From contig OZ024751.1 in assembly GCA_964016885.1 (NCBI GenBank), positions 42,160,001 to 42,224,000 of the forward strand: a stretch of 64,000 nucleotides of DNA, in the 5' to 3' direction. Below, piece by piece: positions 27,323-41,500 of the stretch. Origin of the DNA: Eledone cirrhosa (lineage: Eukaryota). Each line of letters starts with the position of its first letter. The first letter of the stretch is position 1. The notes beneath the pieces are model-generated. The model searched no databases and was not told where the DNA came from. It was given only the letters and a program-made list of their open reading frames with translations. The position numbers were made by a program, and so were the translations under genes.

Positions 27323-27515
27323 CCCTTTAGCATTTAAATCGGCCAGAATTCTCTCACCTCCTGTTCAAACCGGCTGTAACTGGCTGCTCATACTGATGTT
27401 AAGGTATTGTTCTCAAAATAAATATTATCAAAATCTCAGATTCAATATTATGTGAGATAAAACCTTTACTTTGATAATATAATACTAAATATAGAGTAAT
27501 GTAAACGCTAGAGGG
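27323..27515. mobile_element. piggyBac-like MITE
   Basis: TTAA on both sides (27319-27322, 27516-27519); 14-bp TIRs ccctttagcattta / taaacgctagaggg with two mismatches. Confidence 0.8.
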
Positions 27516-27769
27516 TTAAGTATAGTTAGATAAATGTAGCTTATCATGAAATTTACACATTCCATTTACTTTTTTTTTAATGTTTTTTTTTTAAATATTG
27601 ACAATAAAATGAAAACCTTTTTTTGTATCATGAAAATATATAAAGTTAAAGTATATCTGTCGGTACACCAACATTGAAATATTGTTGTTGTTTTTTCATA
27701 TTTGAATTCAAAATCTAATTAAGTTTTACAAATGTTTCATTAAATCTATGATTATTGTGTGTGTGTATA

Positions 27770-28370
27770 CCTGAAGATCGAGTGGTATCCCTGGCTGACT
27801 CGTGTGTACTGGGTGGCCTGGATCTCTGGAAAGGTACCAAAGCAATAGCAATCATGAGCGATAATCCTAATTTAAAAAAAAGTGGCAACACGTAAAATTG
27901 CTTTAATTATAAAGGTATCTTCTTGTTAAGCCTTCTTGGTAAAGTCTGTGCTAAGTCTCTGGCAAAGAGATGTAGAGATATTGTTTAGTCTAAGCTAGCT
28001 GATGAATTGTGGCTTTCACTCCAGATGCCGCTGGGTAACCAAATATTCACACTGCAACAGATCTTTGAGAAATTGTGGGAGTATTGCCAAGAGGTGTATG
28101 TTTGTTACGTTGACCTTGAAAAGGCATATGACCATCTTCTATGGGACCTCTTGAGGAAGGTTCTGCAGGATTATGGGATTGATGGACAACTTATTGTCCT
28201 GATGTCTCTGTATGAATGCCCTAGTACTTGTCTTCAGATAAATGGTGCAAAATCGAAACCATTCAACATTGATGTTAGACTCCACCAAGGGTGTCTACTA
28301 TCACCTCACCTCTCTTCGTAATCTTTATGAACGGGATTGACATATGCAGCCAGGTTGGAAGTGGTATCAG
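27770..28370 (+). mobile_element. Decayed RTE-1-like RT fragment
   Basis: NYKGIFLLSLLGKV, QIFTLQQIFEK, YVDLEKAYD and QGCLLSP motifs. Confidence 0.85.
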
Positions 28371-28944
28371 TACTATCATATAAGGATAGGCTTATGAGAT
28401 AATAAGTATTAATTAACACTGTTCATTAATGAAATATGCTGTACTTGAATTTAATTATGGTCTCGCTTTGAGGATCCCACTAGATCAACTGTAGAGTGTT
28501 GCTTCTGATAGGATGATAGGGCCCTCTGGAAGATATGTATATGAGGACTCTGTCCCCACAAAGTGGGTGAAGAAGAAGAAGCAGCTCTTTGTTTAAATAT
28601 CTTTTAATTTAAATTCATAATATAAACTAATTTTCCCAAGTATTTTTAAAATCTTATGTTTGTTAATATTATAAATACTTATAAAATATACATTTTGTTA
28701 CTATAATACAAGCTTTTTGACATTGTGTGCACATGTTTTTTTATGCATGAAAGAAGACAAAAAAATACATTAAAAATATTTCATGCATTTTTGTGATGAT
28801 AAAAAAAGGCAACATTTTGTGTGGATCTTCTTTTACTTTTTAATGAAAGATAAATAAAGTTGCTTCTTAAGTAAAATTTTTATGAAGCTTTATTCTAAAG
28901 ATACTGTTGTTGTATTTAATTTGTTGACTTTGCTTATTATTCTT

Positions 28945-29435
28945 AGCTTAGCTTTGCCTTTCATCCTTACAAGGTCGACAAAATAAAGTACCAGTCACAC
29001 ACTGGACTCGATTTAATTGACTTTCCCTCCTCGCCAACAATTGCTGGCCTTGTGTCTAAATCAGAGATCATTATTATTATTATCCTATGGCGGCGGATTA
29101 GCAGTATCGGTAGAGGGTCGGACGCCATGCCTTGCAGCATAGAGTTATGGCCTTTTACATTCTGAGTTCAAATCCCACCGAGGTTAGCTTTGCTTTTCAT
29201 CCTTATGGGGTGGATAAAATAAAGTACCAGTAAAATTACTGGGATAACTGCTGGCCTTGTACCAAAAGTAGAAACAATTATTATTATTATACTAACTCGC
29301 CGAGGTTAACTTAACCTTTCATCCTTATGTAGTTGACAAAATAAAGTAGCAGTAATGCCCTGGCGTCAATGTAATCAACTTTCTCTTTTCCCTAAAATTA
29401 CGGGCCTTGTGCCTAAAAAGTAGATAAAGTTATTA
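28945..29435 (+). mobile_element. Cluster of three Meta-like SINE copies
   Basis: Three successive cores, each followed by an att tail. Confidence 0.8.
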
Positions 29436-29442
29436 TGCTAAC

Positions 29443-29594
29443 CACATGTTCTTTTGGTATATAACCTAATTTACACAAAATAAATTCACTTCCACCAGCC
29501 ACCCAACAACAAGTTCCCAGACCAACAGCAGCAACACATACTGACATTAGTTGGCATTCAATACAATCTTTCAACAATGAATGAAATACTTCAT
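29443..29594 (-). other. Candidate exon, unidentified
   Basis: Unique sequence between repeats, ttttgtccag acceptor and G/gttag donor, one open frame (EVFHSLLKDCIEC...PKEHV). Confidence 0.3.
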
Positions 29595-30460
29595 CTGGAC
29601 AAAAACAGTTATTTTGTAACATAGTTTAGTTGATGGCAGATATTTCTACTAAAGTATATATATATAGGTAGATATTTCTACTAAAGTATATATAGGTAGA
29701 TATTTCTACTAAAGTATATATATATAGGTATATATTTCTACTAAAGTATATATAGGTAGATATTTCTACTAAAGTATATATAGGTAGATATTTCTACTAA
29801 AGTATATATATATAGGTATATATTTCTACTAAAGTATATATAGGTAGATATTTCTACTAAAGTATATATATATAGGCAGATATTTCTACTAAAGTATATA
29901 TATATATAGGTAGATATTTCTACTAAAGTATATATATATAGGTAGATATTTCTACTAAAGTATATATATATAGGTAGGTATTTCTACTAAAGTATATATA
30001 TATAGGCAGATATTTCTACTAAAGTATATATATATAGGTAGATATTTCTACTAAAGTATATATAGGTAGATATTTCTACTAAAGTATATATATATAGGTA
30101 GGTATTTCTACTAAAGTATATATAGGTAGGTATTTCTACTAAAGTATATATAGGTAGATATTTCTACTAAAGTATATATATATAGGTAGATATTTCTACT
30201 AAAGTATATATATATAGGTAGATATTTCTACTAAAGTATATATAGGTAGATATTTCTACTAAAGTATATATATATAGGTAGGTATTTCTACTAAAGTATA
30301 TATAGGTAGATATTTCTACTAAAGTATATATAGGTAGGTATTTCTACTAAAGTATATATATATAGGTAGATATTTCTACTAAAGTATATATGGGTAGATA
30401 TTTCTACTAAAGTATATATATATATAGGTAGATATTTCTACTAAAGTATATATATATAGG

Positions 30461-31294
30461 TATACTAGGGAGAGGATCAGGGGTGTATAACACTCCACTT
30501 ATCCAGCAGGCAGTATAAGGTTAGCTCAATGTCTGAGGACAGAGCCGTGATATAATAAATAACAAAGAACGCCTATAGCATATGCATATCTTTACTTGCT
30601 AACATTGTTTCATCCGCACTATAAGTGGGACTCATCAGAGCATAAAGGTTAATTACATACCATACAAGCAATAACAAATCCAAGACATTGAAGAATGAAA
30701 AATAATAATAGACGATAAAGGATAATAAGGAAGTAAAAGTAAAGATAAAGATAAGAATAAAAATAAAAATAAAAATAAGATAATAAAATAAACAATGAAA
30801 AATAAGGGGTGCTATCAGTCACAGTTGGGCGGGGTGCTGTCAACATATAGTTACATACAAGCATACACATGGATAAGAGAACAGACAAGAGTAGATAAGA
30901 TAGATAGGATTAGGTAAGAGTAGGTAAAAAATAGGTGAAAAACAGACTTATAATATATATAAGAAAATATAAAGAAATACATAACAAACTTACATATAAA
31001 ATATAAAATATAAAATATAAAATAAAATATAAAATATACAGATAATAGTGATACAGGGTAAGGAATGAGATAAAATAATATAAAATTAAAATTAAAATTA
31101 TATAAAATAGAACATAATATAATATAATCATAAAATAAGATAAAATAAGGTAAACTAAAATAAAATAAAATAGACTAAATTAAAATAATATAATATAAGA
31201 TATAATTAAATGTAATTAAATAAATAAATAAATAAATAAATAAAGTTAAATAAATAAATAAAATTAAAATTAAAATTAAAATTAAATTTTAAAT

Positions 31295-31326
<32 letters not shown>

Positions 31327-31640
31327 GTAAATAAATAAATAGCACCCCTTATTTTTCATTGTTTATTTTATTATCTTATTTTTATTTTTATTTTTATTTT
31401 TATTTTTATTTTTATTTTTATTTTTATTTTTATTTTTATTCTTATCTTTATCTTTACTTTTACTTCCTTATTATCCTTTATCGTCTATTATTATTTTTCA
31501 TTCTTCAATGTCTTGGATTTGTTATTGCTTGTATGGTATGTAATTAACCTTTATGCTCTGATGAGTCCCACTTATAGTGCGGATGAAACAATGTTAGCAA
31601 GTAAAGATATGCATATGCTATAGGCGTTCTTTGTTATTTA
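30461..31640 (-). mobile_element. Non-coding fold-back PLE-like element with hammerheads on both strands
   Basis: Arms 30554-30814 and 31339-31640. Hammerhead GCU-CUGAUGA-GUCC...GGAU-GAAAC-AAU-GUU-AGC at 31549-31606 (+) and 30590-30647 (-). Confidence 0.82.
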
Positions 31641-33824
31641 TATATAGGTAGGTATTTCTACTAAAGTATATATAGGTAGATATTTCTACTAAAGTATATA
31701 TATATATAGGTAGATATTTCTACTAAAGTATATATATATAGGCAGGTATTTCTACTAAAATATATATAGGTAGATATTTCTACTAAAGTATATATAGGCA
31801 GATATTTCTACTAAAGTATATATATATAGGTAGATATTTCTACTAAAGTATATATATATATATAGGTAGATATTTCTACTAAAGTATATATATATAGGTA
31901 TATATTTCTACTAAAGTATATATATAGGCAGACATTTCTACTAAAGTATATATAGGTAGGTATTTCTACTAAAGTATATATAGGTAGGTATTTCTACTAA
32001 AATATATATATATAGGTAGATATTTCTACTAAAGTATATATAGGTATATATTTCTACTAAAGTATATATATATAGGTAGATATTTCTACTAAAGTATATA
32101 TGGGTAGATATTTCTACTAAAGTATATATATATAGGTAGATATTTCTACTAAAGTATATATATATAGGTATATATTTCTACTAAAGTATATGTATATAGG
32201 TAGATATTTCTACTAAAGTATATATATATAGGCAGGTATTTCTACTAAAGTATATATATATATAGATAGATGTTTCTACTAAAGTATATATATATAGGCA
32301 GGTATTTCTACTAAAGTATATATAGGTAGATATTTCTACTAAAGTATATATATATATATATATATATAGGTAGATATTTCTACTAAAGTATATATATATA
32401 AGTAGATATTTTTACTAAAGTATATATATATATAGGTAGATATTTCTACTAAAGTATATATATATAGGCAGGTATTTCTACTAAAGTATATATAGGTAGA
32501 TATTTCTACTAAAGTATATATATATATAGGTAGGTATTTCTACTAAAGTATATATATATAGGCAGGTATTTCTACTAAAATATATATAGGTAGATATTTC
32601 TACTAAAGTATATATAGGCAGATATTTCTACTAAAGTATATATATATAGGTAGATATTTCTACTAAAGCATATATATATATATAGGTAGATATTTCTACT
32701 AAAGTATATATATATAGGTAGATATTTCTACTAAAGTATATATATATATAGGTAGATATTTCTACTAAAGTATATATATATATAGGTATATATTTCTACT
32801 AAAGTATATGTATATAGGTAGATATTTCTACTAAAATATATATATATATAGGCAGATATTTCTACTAAAGTATATATATATAGGTAGATATTTCTACTAA
32901 AGTATATATATATAGGTAGGTATTTCTACTAAAGTATATATAGGTAGATATTTCTACTAAAGTATATATATATATAGGTAGGTATTTCTACTAAAGTATA
33001 TATAGGTAGTTATTTCTACTAAAGTATATATATATAGGTAGATATTTCTACTAAAGTATATATAGGTAGATATTTCTACTAAAGTATATATATATAGGTA
33101 TATATTTCTACTAAAGTATATATAGGTAGATATTTCTACTAAAGTATATATAGGTAGATATTTCTACTAAAGTATATATATATAGGTATATATTTCTACT
33201 AAAGTATATATAGGTAGATATTTCTACTAAAGTATATATATATAGGCAGATATTTCTACTAAAGTATATATATATAGGCAGACATTTCTACTAAAGTATA
33301 TATAGGTAGATATTTCTACTAAAGTATATATATATAGGTAGGTATTTCTACTAAAGTATATATATATAGGCAGATATTTCTACTAAAGTATATATATATA
33401 GGTAGATATTTCTACTAAAGTATATATAGGTAGATATTTCTACTAAAGTATATATATATAGGTAGGTATTTCTACTAAAGTATATATAGGTAGGTATTTC
33501 TACTAAAGTATATATAGGTAGATATTTCTACTAAAGTATATATATATAGGTAGATATTTCTACTAAAGTATATATATATAGGTAGATATTTCTACTAAAG
33601 TATATATAGGTAGATATTTCTACTAAAGTATATATATATAGGTAGGTATTTCTACTAAAGTATATATAGGTAGATATTTCTACTAAAGTATATATAGGTA
33701 GGTATTTCTACTAAAGTATATATATATAGGTAGATATTTCTACTAAAGTATATATGGGTAGATATTTCTACTAAAGTATATATATATATAGGTAGATATT
33801 TCTACTAAAGTATATATATATAGG

Positions 33825-34658
33825 TATACTAGGGAGAGGATCAGGGGTGTATAACACTCCACTTATCCAGCAGGCAGTATAAGGTTAGCTCAATGTCTGA
33901 GGACAGAGCCGTGATATAATAAATAACAAAGAACGCCTATAGCATATGCATATCTTTACTTGCTAACATTGTTTCATCCGCACTATAAGTGGGACTCATC
34001 AGAGCATAAAGGTTAATTACATACCATACAAGCAATAACAAATCCAAGACATTGAAGAATGAAAAATAATAATAGACGATAAAGGATAATAAGGAAGTAA
34101 AAGTAAAGATAAAGATAAGAATAAAAATAAAAATAAAAATAAGATAATAAAATAAACAATGAAAAATAAGGGGTGCTATCAGTCACAGTTGGGCGGGGTG
34201 CTGTCAACATATAGTTACATACAAGCATACACATGGATAAGAGAACAGACAAGAGTAGATAAGATAGATAGGATTAGGTAAGAGTAGGTAAAAAATAGGT
34301 GAAAAACAGACTTATAATATATATAAGAAAATATAAAGAAATACATAACAAACTTACATATAAAATATAAAATATAAAATATAAAATAAAATATAAAATA
34401 TACAGATAATAGTGATACAGGGTAAGGAATGAGATAAAATAATATAAAATTAAAATTAAAATTATATAAAATAGAACATAATATAATATAATCATAAAAT
34501 AAGATAAAATAAGGTAAACTAAAATAAAATAAAATAGACTAAATTAAAATAATATAATATAAGATATAATTAAATGTAATTAAATAAATAAATAAATAAA
34601 TAAATAAAGTTAAATAAATAAATAAAATTAAAATTAAAATTAAAATTAAATTTTAAAT

Positions 34659-34690
<32 letters not shown>

Positions 34691-35010
34691 GTAAATAAAT
34701 AAATAGCACCCCTTATTTTTCATTGTTTATTTTATTATCTTATTTTTATTTTTATTTTTATTTTTATTTTTATTTTTATTTTTATTTTTATTTTTATTTT
34801 TATTTTTATTCTTATCTTTATCTTTACTTTTACTTCCTTATTATCCTTTATCGTCTATTATTATTTTTCATTCTTCAATGTCTTGGATTTGTTATTGCTT
34901 GTATGGTATGTAATTAACCTTTATGCTCTGATGAGTCCCACTTATAGTGCGGATGAAACAATGTTAGCAAGTAAAGATATGCATATGCTATAGGCGTTCT
35001 TTGTTATTTA
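33825..35010 (-). mobile_element. Second copy of the fold-back hammerhead element
   Basis: Identical to 30461-31640 except one extra 6-bp microsatellite unit; hammerheads at 33954-34011 (-) and 34919-34976 (+). Confidence 0.82.
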
Positions 35011-38000
35011 TATATAGGTAGGTATTTCTACTAAAGTATATATAGGTAGATATTTCTACTAAAGTATATATATATATAGGTAGATATTTCTACTAAAGTA
35101 TATATATATAGGCAGGTATTTCTACTAAAATATATATAGGTAGATATTTCTACTAAAGTATATATAGGCAGATATTTCTACTAAAGTATATATATATAGG
35201 TAGATATTTCTACTAAAGTATATATATATATATAGGTAGATATTTCTACTAAAGTATATATATATAGGTATATATTTCTACTAAAGTATATATATAGGCA
35301 GACATTTCTACTAAAGTATATATAGGTAGGTATTTCTACTAAAGTATATATAGGTAGGTATTTCTACTAAAATATATATATATAGGTAGATATTTCTACT
35401 AAAGTATATATAGGTATATATTTCTACTAAAGTATATATATATAGGTAGATATTTCTACTAAAGTATATATGGGTAGATATTTCTACTAAAGTATATATA
35501 TATAGGTAGATATTTCTACTAAAGTATATATATATAGGTATATATTTCTACTAAAGTATATGTATATAGGTAGATATTTCTACTAAAGTATATATATATA
35601 GGCAGGTATTTCTACTAAAGTATATATATATATAGATAGATGTTTCTACTAAAGTATATATATATAGGCAGGTATTTCTACTAAAGTATATATAGGTAGA
35701 TATTTCTACTAAAGTATATATATATATATATATATATAGGTAGATATTTCTACTAAAGTATATATATATAAGTAGATATTTTTACTAAAGTATATATATA
35801 TATAGGTAGATATTTCTACTAAAGTATATATATATAGGCAGGTATTTCTACTAAAGTATATATAGGTAGATATTTCTACTAAAGTATATATATATATAGG
35901 TAGGTATTTCTACTAAAGTATATATATATAGGCAGGTATTTCTACTAAAATATATATAGGTAGATATTTCTACTAAAGTATATATAGGCAGATATTTCTA
36001 CTAAAGTATATATATATAGGTAGATATTTCTACTAAAGCATATATATATATATAGGTAGATATTTCTACTAAAGTATATATATATAGGTAGATATTTCTA
36101 CTAAAGTATATATATATATAGGTAGATATTTCTACTAAAGTATATATATATATAGGTATATATTTCTACTAAAGTATATGTATATAGGTAGATATTTCTA
36201 CTAAAATATATATATATATAGGCAGATATTTCTACTAAAGTATATATATATAGGTAGATATTTCTACTAAAGTATATATATATAGGTAGGTATTTCTACT
36301 AAAGTATATATAGGTAGATATTTCTACTAAAGTATATATATATATAGGTAGGTATTTCTACTAAAGTATATATAGGTAGTTATTTCTACTAAAGTATATA
36401 TATATAGGTAGATATTTCTACTAAAGTATATATATATAGGTAGGTATTTCTACTAAAGTATATATATATAGGTAGATATTTCTACTAAAGTATATATATA
36501 TATAGGTAGATATTTCTACTAAAGTATATGTATATAGGTAGATATTTCTACTAAAGTATATGTATATAGGTAGATATTTCTACTAAAGTATATATAGGTA
36601 GATATTTCTACTAAAGTATATATATATAGGTAGATATTTCTACTAAAGTATATATATATAGGTAGATATTTCTACTAAAGTATATATATATATAGGTAGA
36701 TATTTCTACTAAAGTATATATATATAGGTATATATTTCTACTAAAGTATATATATATAGGTAGATATTTCTACTAAAGTATATATATATAGGTATATATT
36801 TCTACTAAAGTATATATATATAGGTATATATTTCTACTAAAGTATATGTATATAGGTAGATATTTCTACTAAAGTATATATATATAGGCAGGTATTTCTA
36901 CTAAAGTATATATAGGTAGATATTTCTACTAAAGTATATATATATAGGTAGATATTTCTACTAAAGTATATATATATAGGTAGATATTTCTACTAAAGTA
37001 TATATATATATAGGTAGGTATTTCTACTAAAGTATATATAGGTATATATTTCTACTAAAGTATATGTATATAGGTAGATATTTCTACTAAAGTATATATA
37101 TATAGGTATATATTTCTACTAAAGTATATATATATAGGTATATATTTCTACTAAAGTATATATATATAGGTATATATTTCTACTAAAATATATATATATA
37201 GGCAGGTATTTCTACTAAAGTATATATAGGCAGATATTTCTACTAAAGTATATATATATAGGTAGGTATTTCTACTAAAGTATATATATATAGGTAGGTA
37301 TTTCTACTAAAGTATATATATATGGGTAGATATTTCTACTAAAGTATATATATATAAGTAGATATTTCTACTAAAGTATATATATATAGGTAGATATTTC
37401 TACTAAAGTATATATATATAAGTAGATATTTCTACTAAAGTATATATATAAGTAGATATTTCTACTAAAGTATATATATATAGGTAGGTATTTCTACTAA
37501 AGTATATATATATGGGTAGATATTTCTACTAAAGTATATATATATAGGTAGGTATTTCTACTAAAGTATATATATATAAGTATATATTTCTACTAAAGTA
37601 TATATATAGGCAGACATTTCTACTAAAGTATATATAGGTAGGTATTTCTACTAAAGTATATATATAGGTAGGTATTTGTACTAAAATATATATATATAGG
37701 TAGATATTTCTACTAAAGTATATATAGGTAGATATTTCTACTAAAGTATATATATATAGGTAGATATTTCTACTAAAGTATATATATATAGGTAGGTATT
37801 TCTACTAAAGTATATATATATAGGCAGGCATTTCTACTAAAGAATATATGGGTAGATATTTCTACTAAAGTATATATAGGTAGGTATTTCTACTAAAGTA
37901 TATATATATAGGCAGGCATTTCTACTAAAGAATATATGGGTAGATATTTCTACTAAAGTATATATAGGTAGGTATTTCTACTAAAGTATATATATAGGCA

Positions 38001-38230
38001 GGCATTTCTACTAAAGTATATATAGGCAGGCATTTCTACTAAAGTATATATAGGCAGGCATTTCTACTAAAGTATATATATAGGTAGGTATTTCTACTAA
38101 AATATATATATAGGTAGGTATTTCTATTAAAGTATATATATGTAGGTAGGTATTTCTACTAAAGTATCTATATAGTCCAAAAAAATGCATGGGACCAATT
38201 TTTGTTAAAGTTGAATGGGAGTGTAGCTAC

Positions 38231-38495
38231 CTTGGCCCACTGCCTGAGAGTGCCAAATTGTCTGTTGACAACTACATTGGTTTGGTTGCTGGAACAAACT
38301 AATATGTATTGTCTACCTTGAGAGTTGAGAGCGAAATAATTTTTTTGAAGCTAGTTATCTCCTGGCAATCTCTAGATGACCTCCAGTTGGTCATTCCTCC
38401 AAACAAGCTGGTGATACTAGTCTCGAACAAAGGTACTGAATATCTGTGTGGCCACATGGTCAGCATTTGTGGTTGCACTAATCTACTTAGTGAAC
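38231..38495 (-). other. Candidate exon or pseudo-exon, unidentified
   Basis: tttttgttctcag acceptor, two AAG/gtag donor-like sites (38317, 38231); one frame is open for 59 codons. Confidence 0.35.
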
Positions 38496-38567
38496 CTGAG
38501 AACAAAAATTCAAATCAGACCGATTGCTCTCACTAACGGCCCATGTTGGGATTTAATATTATAGATA

Positions 38568-41500
38568 TATTTCTTTTATTTGCCACTAGGGCATCAAAAG
38601 TGGGACAAGTACAAAGGGGGGAGTTTACACAAAAAGGCGTCCTCAATAAGGAGAAGGCAATAACAAAATATAAAAATAAAATAAGATATAACAAAAAATA
38701 AAATTTTTAACAAAATCCTCAATAGAGAGGAGGCGCCTTGGGGGGTCGCACACACCCCCGAAAAAAGTGTGCAACCCTTCTCCTCAGGAGCACAGAGAAG
38801 GGGTGCTCCCTTGGTCTTTCATCTTCCTCACCTATAGTCTGATGTAGAGTGAAGGCCCATTCACACGGGCCATTCTCGCCACTTTCACCCATCTTTCATA
38901 GAAACGGCTGGGGTGCAGCACCTCTCTCTCCATCCTGATCCTTCTTCCGAAATGATATCGGAAGAAACGGACCAGTTGTTGGCCAGAGAGAAAGGTGCCC
39001 GACCTCAGTCCTTTCAGACGCGTCCACCATACAACCTCTTTCGCCATGGCTATTACGCACAGAAACACCGCCTCTGCTTCATCTTTGAAGGGGGGAGGCG
39101 GCTTGATCATTACAATAGACTCGGTGGTCAACCGGATCGGTCCCACCCTTGACAGCAGTTGTTCGACATAGCCCCACAGATCGGCTACGCCCGAGCAGTG
39201 TACTAATGCGTGTGCAACGGTTTCCTCGTCGCACACGCATCTGGGACAGATCTTTTTGGCGGGGTCCCTACCCGGGCGCCCGTGTCTGTAGAGCCTTTCT
39301 CGAACGGGTAGAGCCCCTCGGTAGCACTGCCAGGCCAGGGACTTCTGGAAGTTGTCCATAGGTCCCGGGCTGAATGTCCTACCGAACAGGCTGGCCAGTT
39401 CGTCCTCCTCCATGTCTAGGGCTTCTCCGAGGGCGTCGTCGCACCTGCTGCGTACCAGCCCTCTATAGAATGTTGCGGTGGAGTCTCCACTGATAACCGG
39501 ATCCGCCTGCCAGAGGGCGGTGAGCGCCTGGGCACACTCAGTGTGCCAGGCGCCCAGTTTTCTCGGTCTTTGCTTGACCCAGGATTGCAGCTCGGTGAGT
39601 GAGACGAGTCTGGGAAAGGTTCGTCTCACAAACGAGGCCCACACCGGTTGTCCGGTGAGGAATACGTAGAGGTGCCGTAGCCTTAATGCGTGTTTACGCA
39701 TCATTAGCCACGGCATCCCCAGCCCTCCTTTCGAAGGGTGTTGACAGCAGATGGATCTCCTCACCATAGGAGCCCGCCTCTTCCAAAGGAATTGGAAGAG
39801 CGCGCGCTCCATCTTGGTGAGGGTTTCCCTTGGGCAGGGCACTACGGTCAGGCGGTAGTAGATGACGGACGCTATGTAGGTGTTCGCCACCTCCGCCCGA
39901 CCTTTCAGGGATAGTTTGCAACTGGCCCACTTCTGGGTCAGTGCAAACACCCTGTTCGTAACCTCCGCCCAGTTTTTCTCCACCTGGAGGTCCGGTCCGA
40001 ACCAGACCCCGAGCAACTTCACCGGGCCCTCCGTCCAGCGTCCGACGACGCTATCGGAGGGCATCGGTCTGCCCCTCCACGTGCCGAGTTGCAAACCGAT
40101 CGACTTGTCCCGGTTCAGCTTAGCCCCTGTGAACTTTTCGTACTCCTCCAGTAAGGTGCCGACCGCCTCGATTTCGGAGGCCGTCGACACCATTACTGTC
40201 ACGTCATCGGCGTAGGCCGACACCGCTTTCCGCAATCCCGGTTCCAAAGGGATGCCCTGCAACAACTCCAACTTCCGCAGTAGTGGCTCGAGAGTCAACA
40301 CATACAGAAGGGAGGAGAGAGGGCACCCTTGTCGGATGGACCGCGCGATTTTGAACGGCTCCGAGAGGTAGCCGTTCACCTTGACCCTAGAGCAGATGCG
40401 GATGCTGTGCATAGCAGTGATCCAGCCCCTGAAAACGGGTCCGAAGCCTGCCGCCGCTAGCACCGCATCCAGGTAACCATGGTCGACCCTATCGAACGCC
40501 TTAGATTGATCCAAGTTGATCAGAGCCCCACCAAAGCCGGGTTCGTTCCCAACCCTCTCTATGATGTATCGCATGAGGTGGAGGTTGTCATGGATGGACC
40601 TGGACGGGATAGCGCATGTCTGCGCATCTCCCACCAGGTTGCCCACGACAAGCGCCAACCTCTTTGCTAGCACCTTGGCCAAAATCTGTAACTCTGTATT
40701 TAGCAGTGTTATGGGCCTGAAGTTACTTATTTCGTCCCCCTTGTTCTCGTCCTTCCTCACTAGCGTGACTACGCCCTTGGTCACAGTACAGGGAATTCTC
40801 CCGTTCTGTTGCCAGTTGCAGTAGACCGCCTCGAGGAGATCGGGGAACAAGTCCGGCATAGCTAGATATAATTCGTAAGGAAGACCATCGAGACCCGGGG
40901 ATTTGCGTTTGCCGCATTGGCTCAGCACGTCCTCTATCTCAGCGGCCGAAATCGGCTCCTCGCAGGACTTCGCCTCCCTGTCCGAGAGGCGCGGCAGGCC
41001 GTCGAGGTATGGACCGAAGTCCACGTTCCCAACCGGCTCCCCGCCCCTCCCGAACAGTCGGGCAAAGTGCCTTTGAAAGGCCTCACACATCTGCTTAGGC
41101 TCAAGAATCGCCCGTCCATCCAGGTCTCGCAAAGACCGGATGGTGGATTTAGTTCCACTGTTGGCCTCTGTCACGCGGGCCCAGCTAACAGCTTTGGTCC
41201 CCTCGTTCCCTAGAGCACGTATTTTACTTCGGACAACGCAGCCTTCGTGCTTCGCGTCGAAAAACTGGCTCAAAGCCGTTCTCGACGCTAGCACTCTGGC
41301 CACGTCGCCGCTTCTAATTGCCTCTTCTACTCTATCTATTAGCTCCCTTTCCTTCCTATTCCTATCCGCAGCTAGAACCTTACTAAATTCTATCGAGACT
41401 ACTCTAATCTCTCTCTTTAGAGATACCCACCACCTGCTGTTGACGATCGCTCCAGTCAACCGTTCCTTAACTAACGTACTAATCCGATTCCTGTAGGCTC

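Larger units (their letters stand above)
29635..38175. repeat. Satellite array, ggtagatatttctactaaag plus variable (TA)n, mostly 28-36 bp units
   Basis: Roughly two hundred tandem units, interrupted by two copies of a 1.18-kb insert. Confidence 0.97.

Noticed and set aside
29480-29520. Minus-strand LVVGWLVEV resembling a cyclin box
   Set aside because: Short match in a frame with several nearby stops and no other cyclin features.
29635-38175. CRISPR-like look: monomer atttctactaaag...gtagat resembles a Cas12a-type direct repeat stem
   Set aside because: No unique spacers, only variable (TA)n; no cas genes; eukaryotic satellite context.
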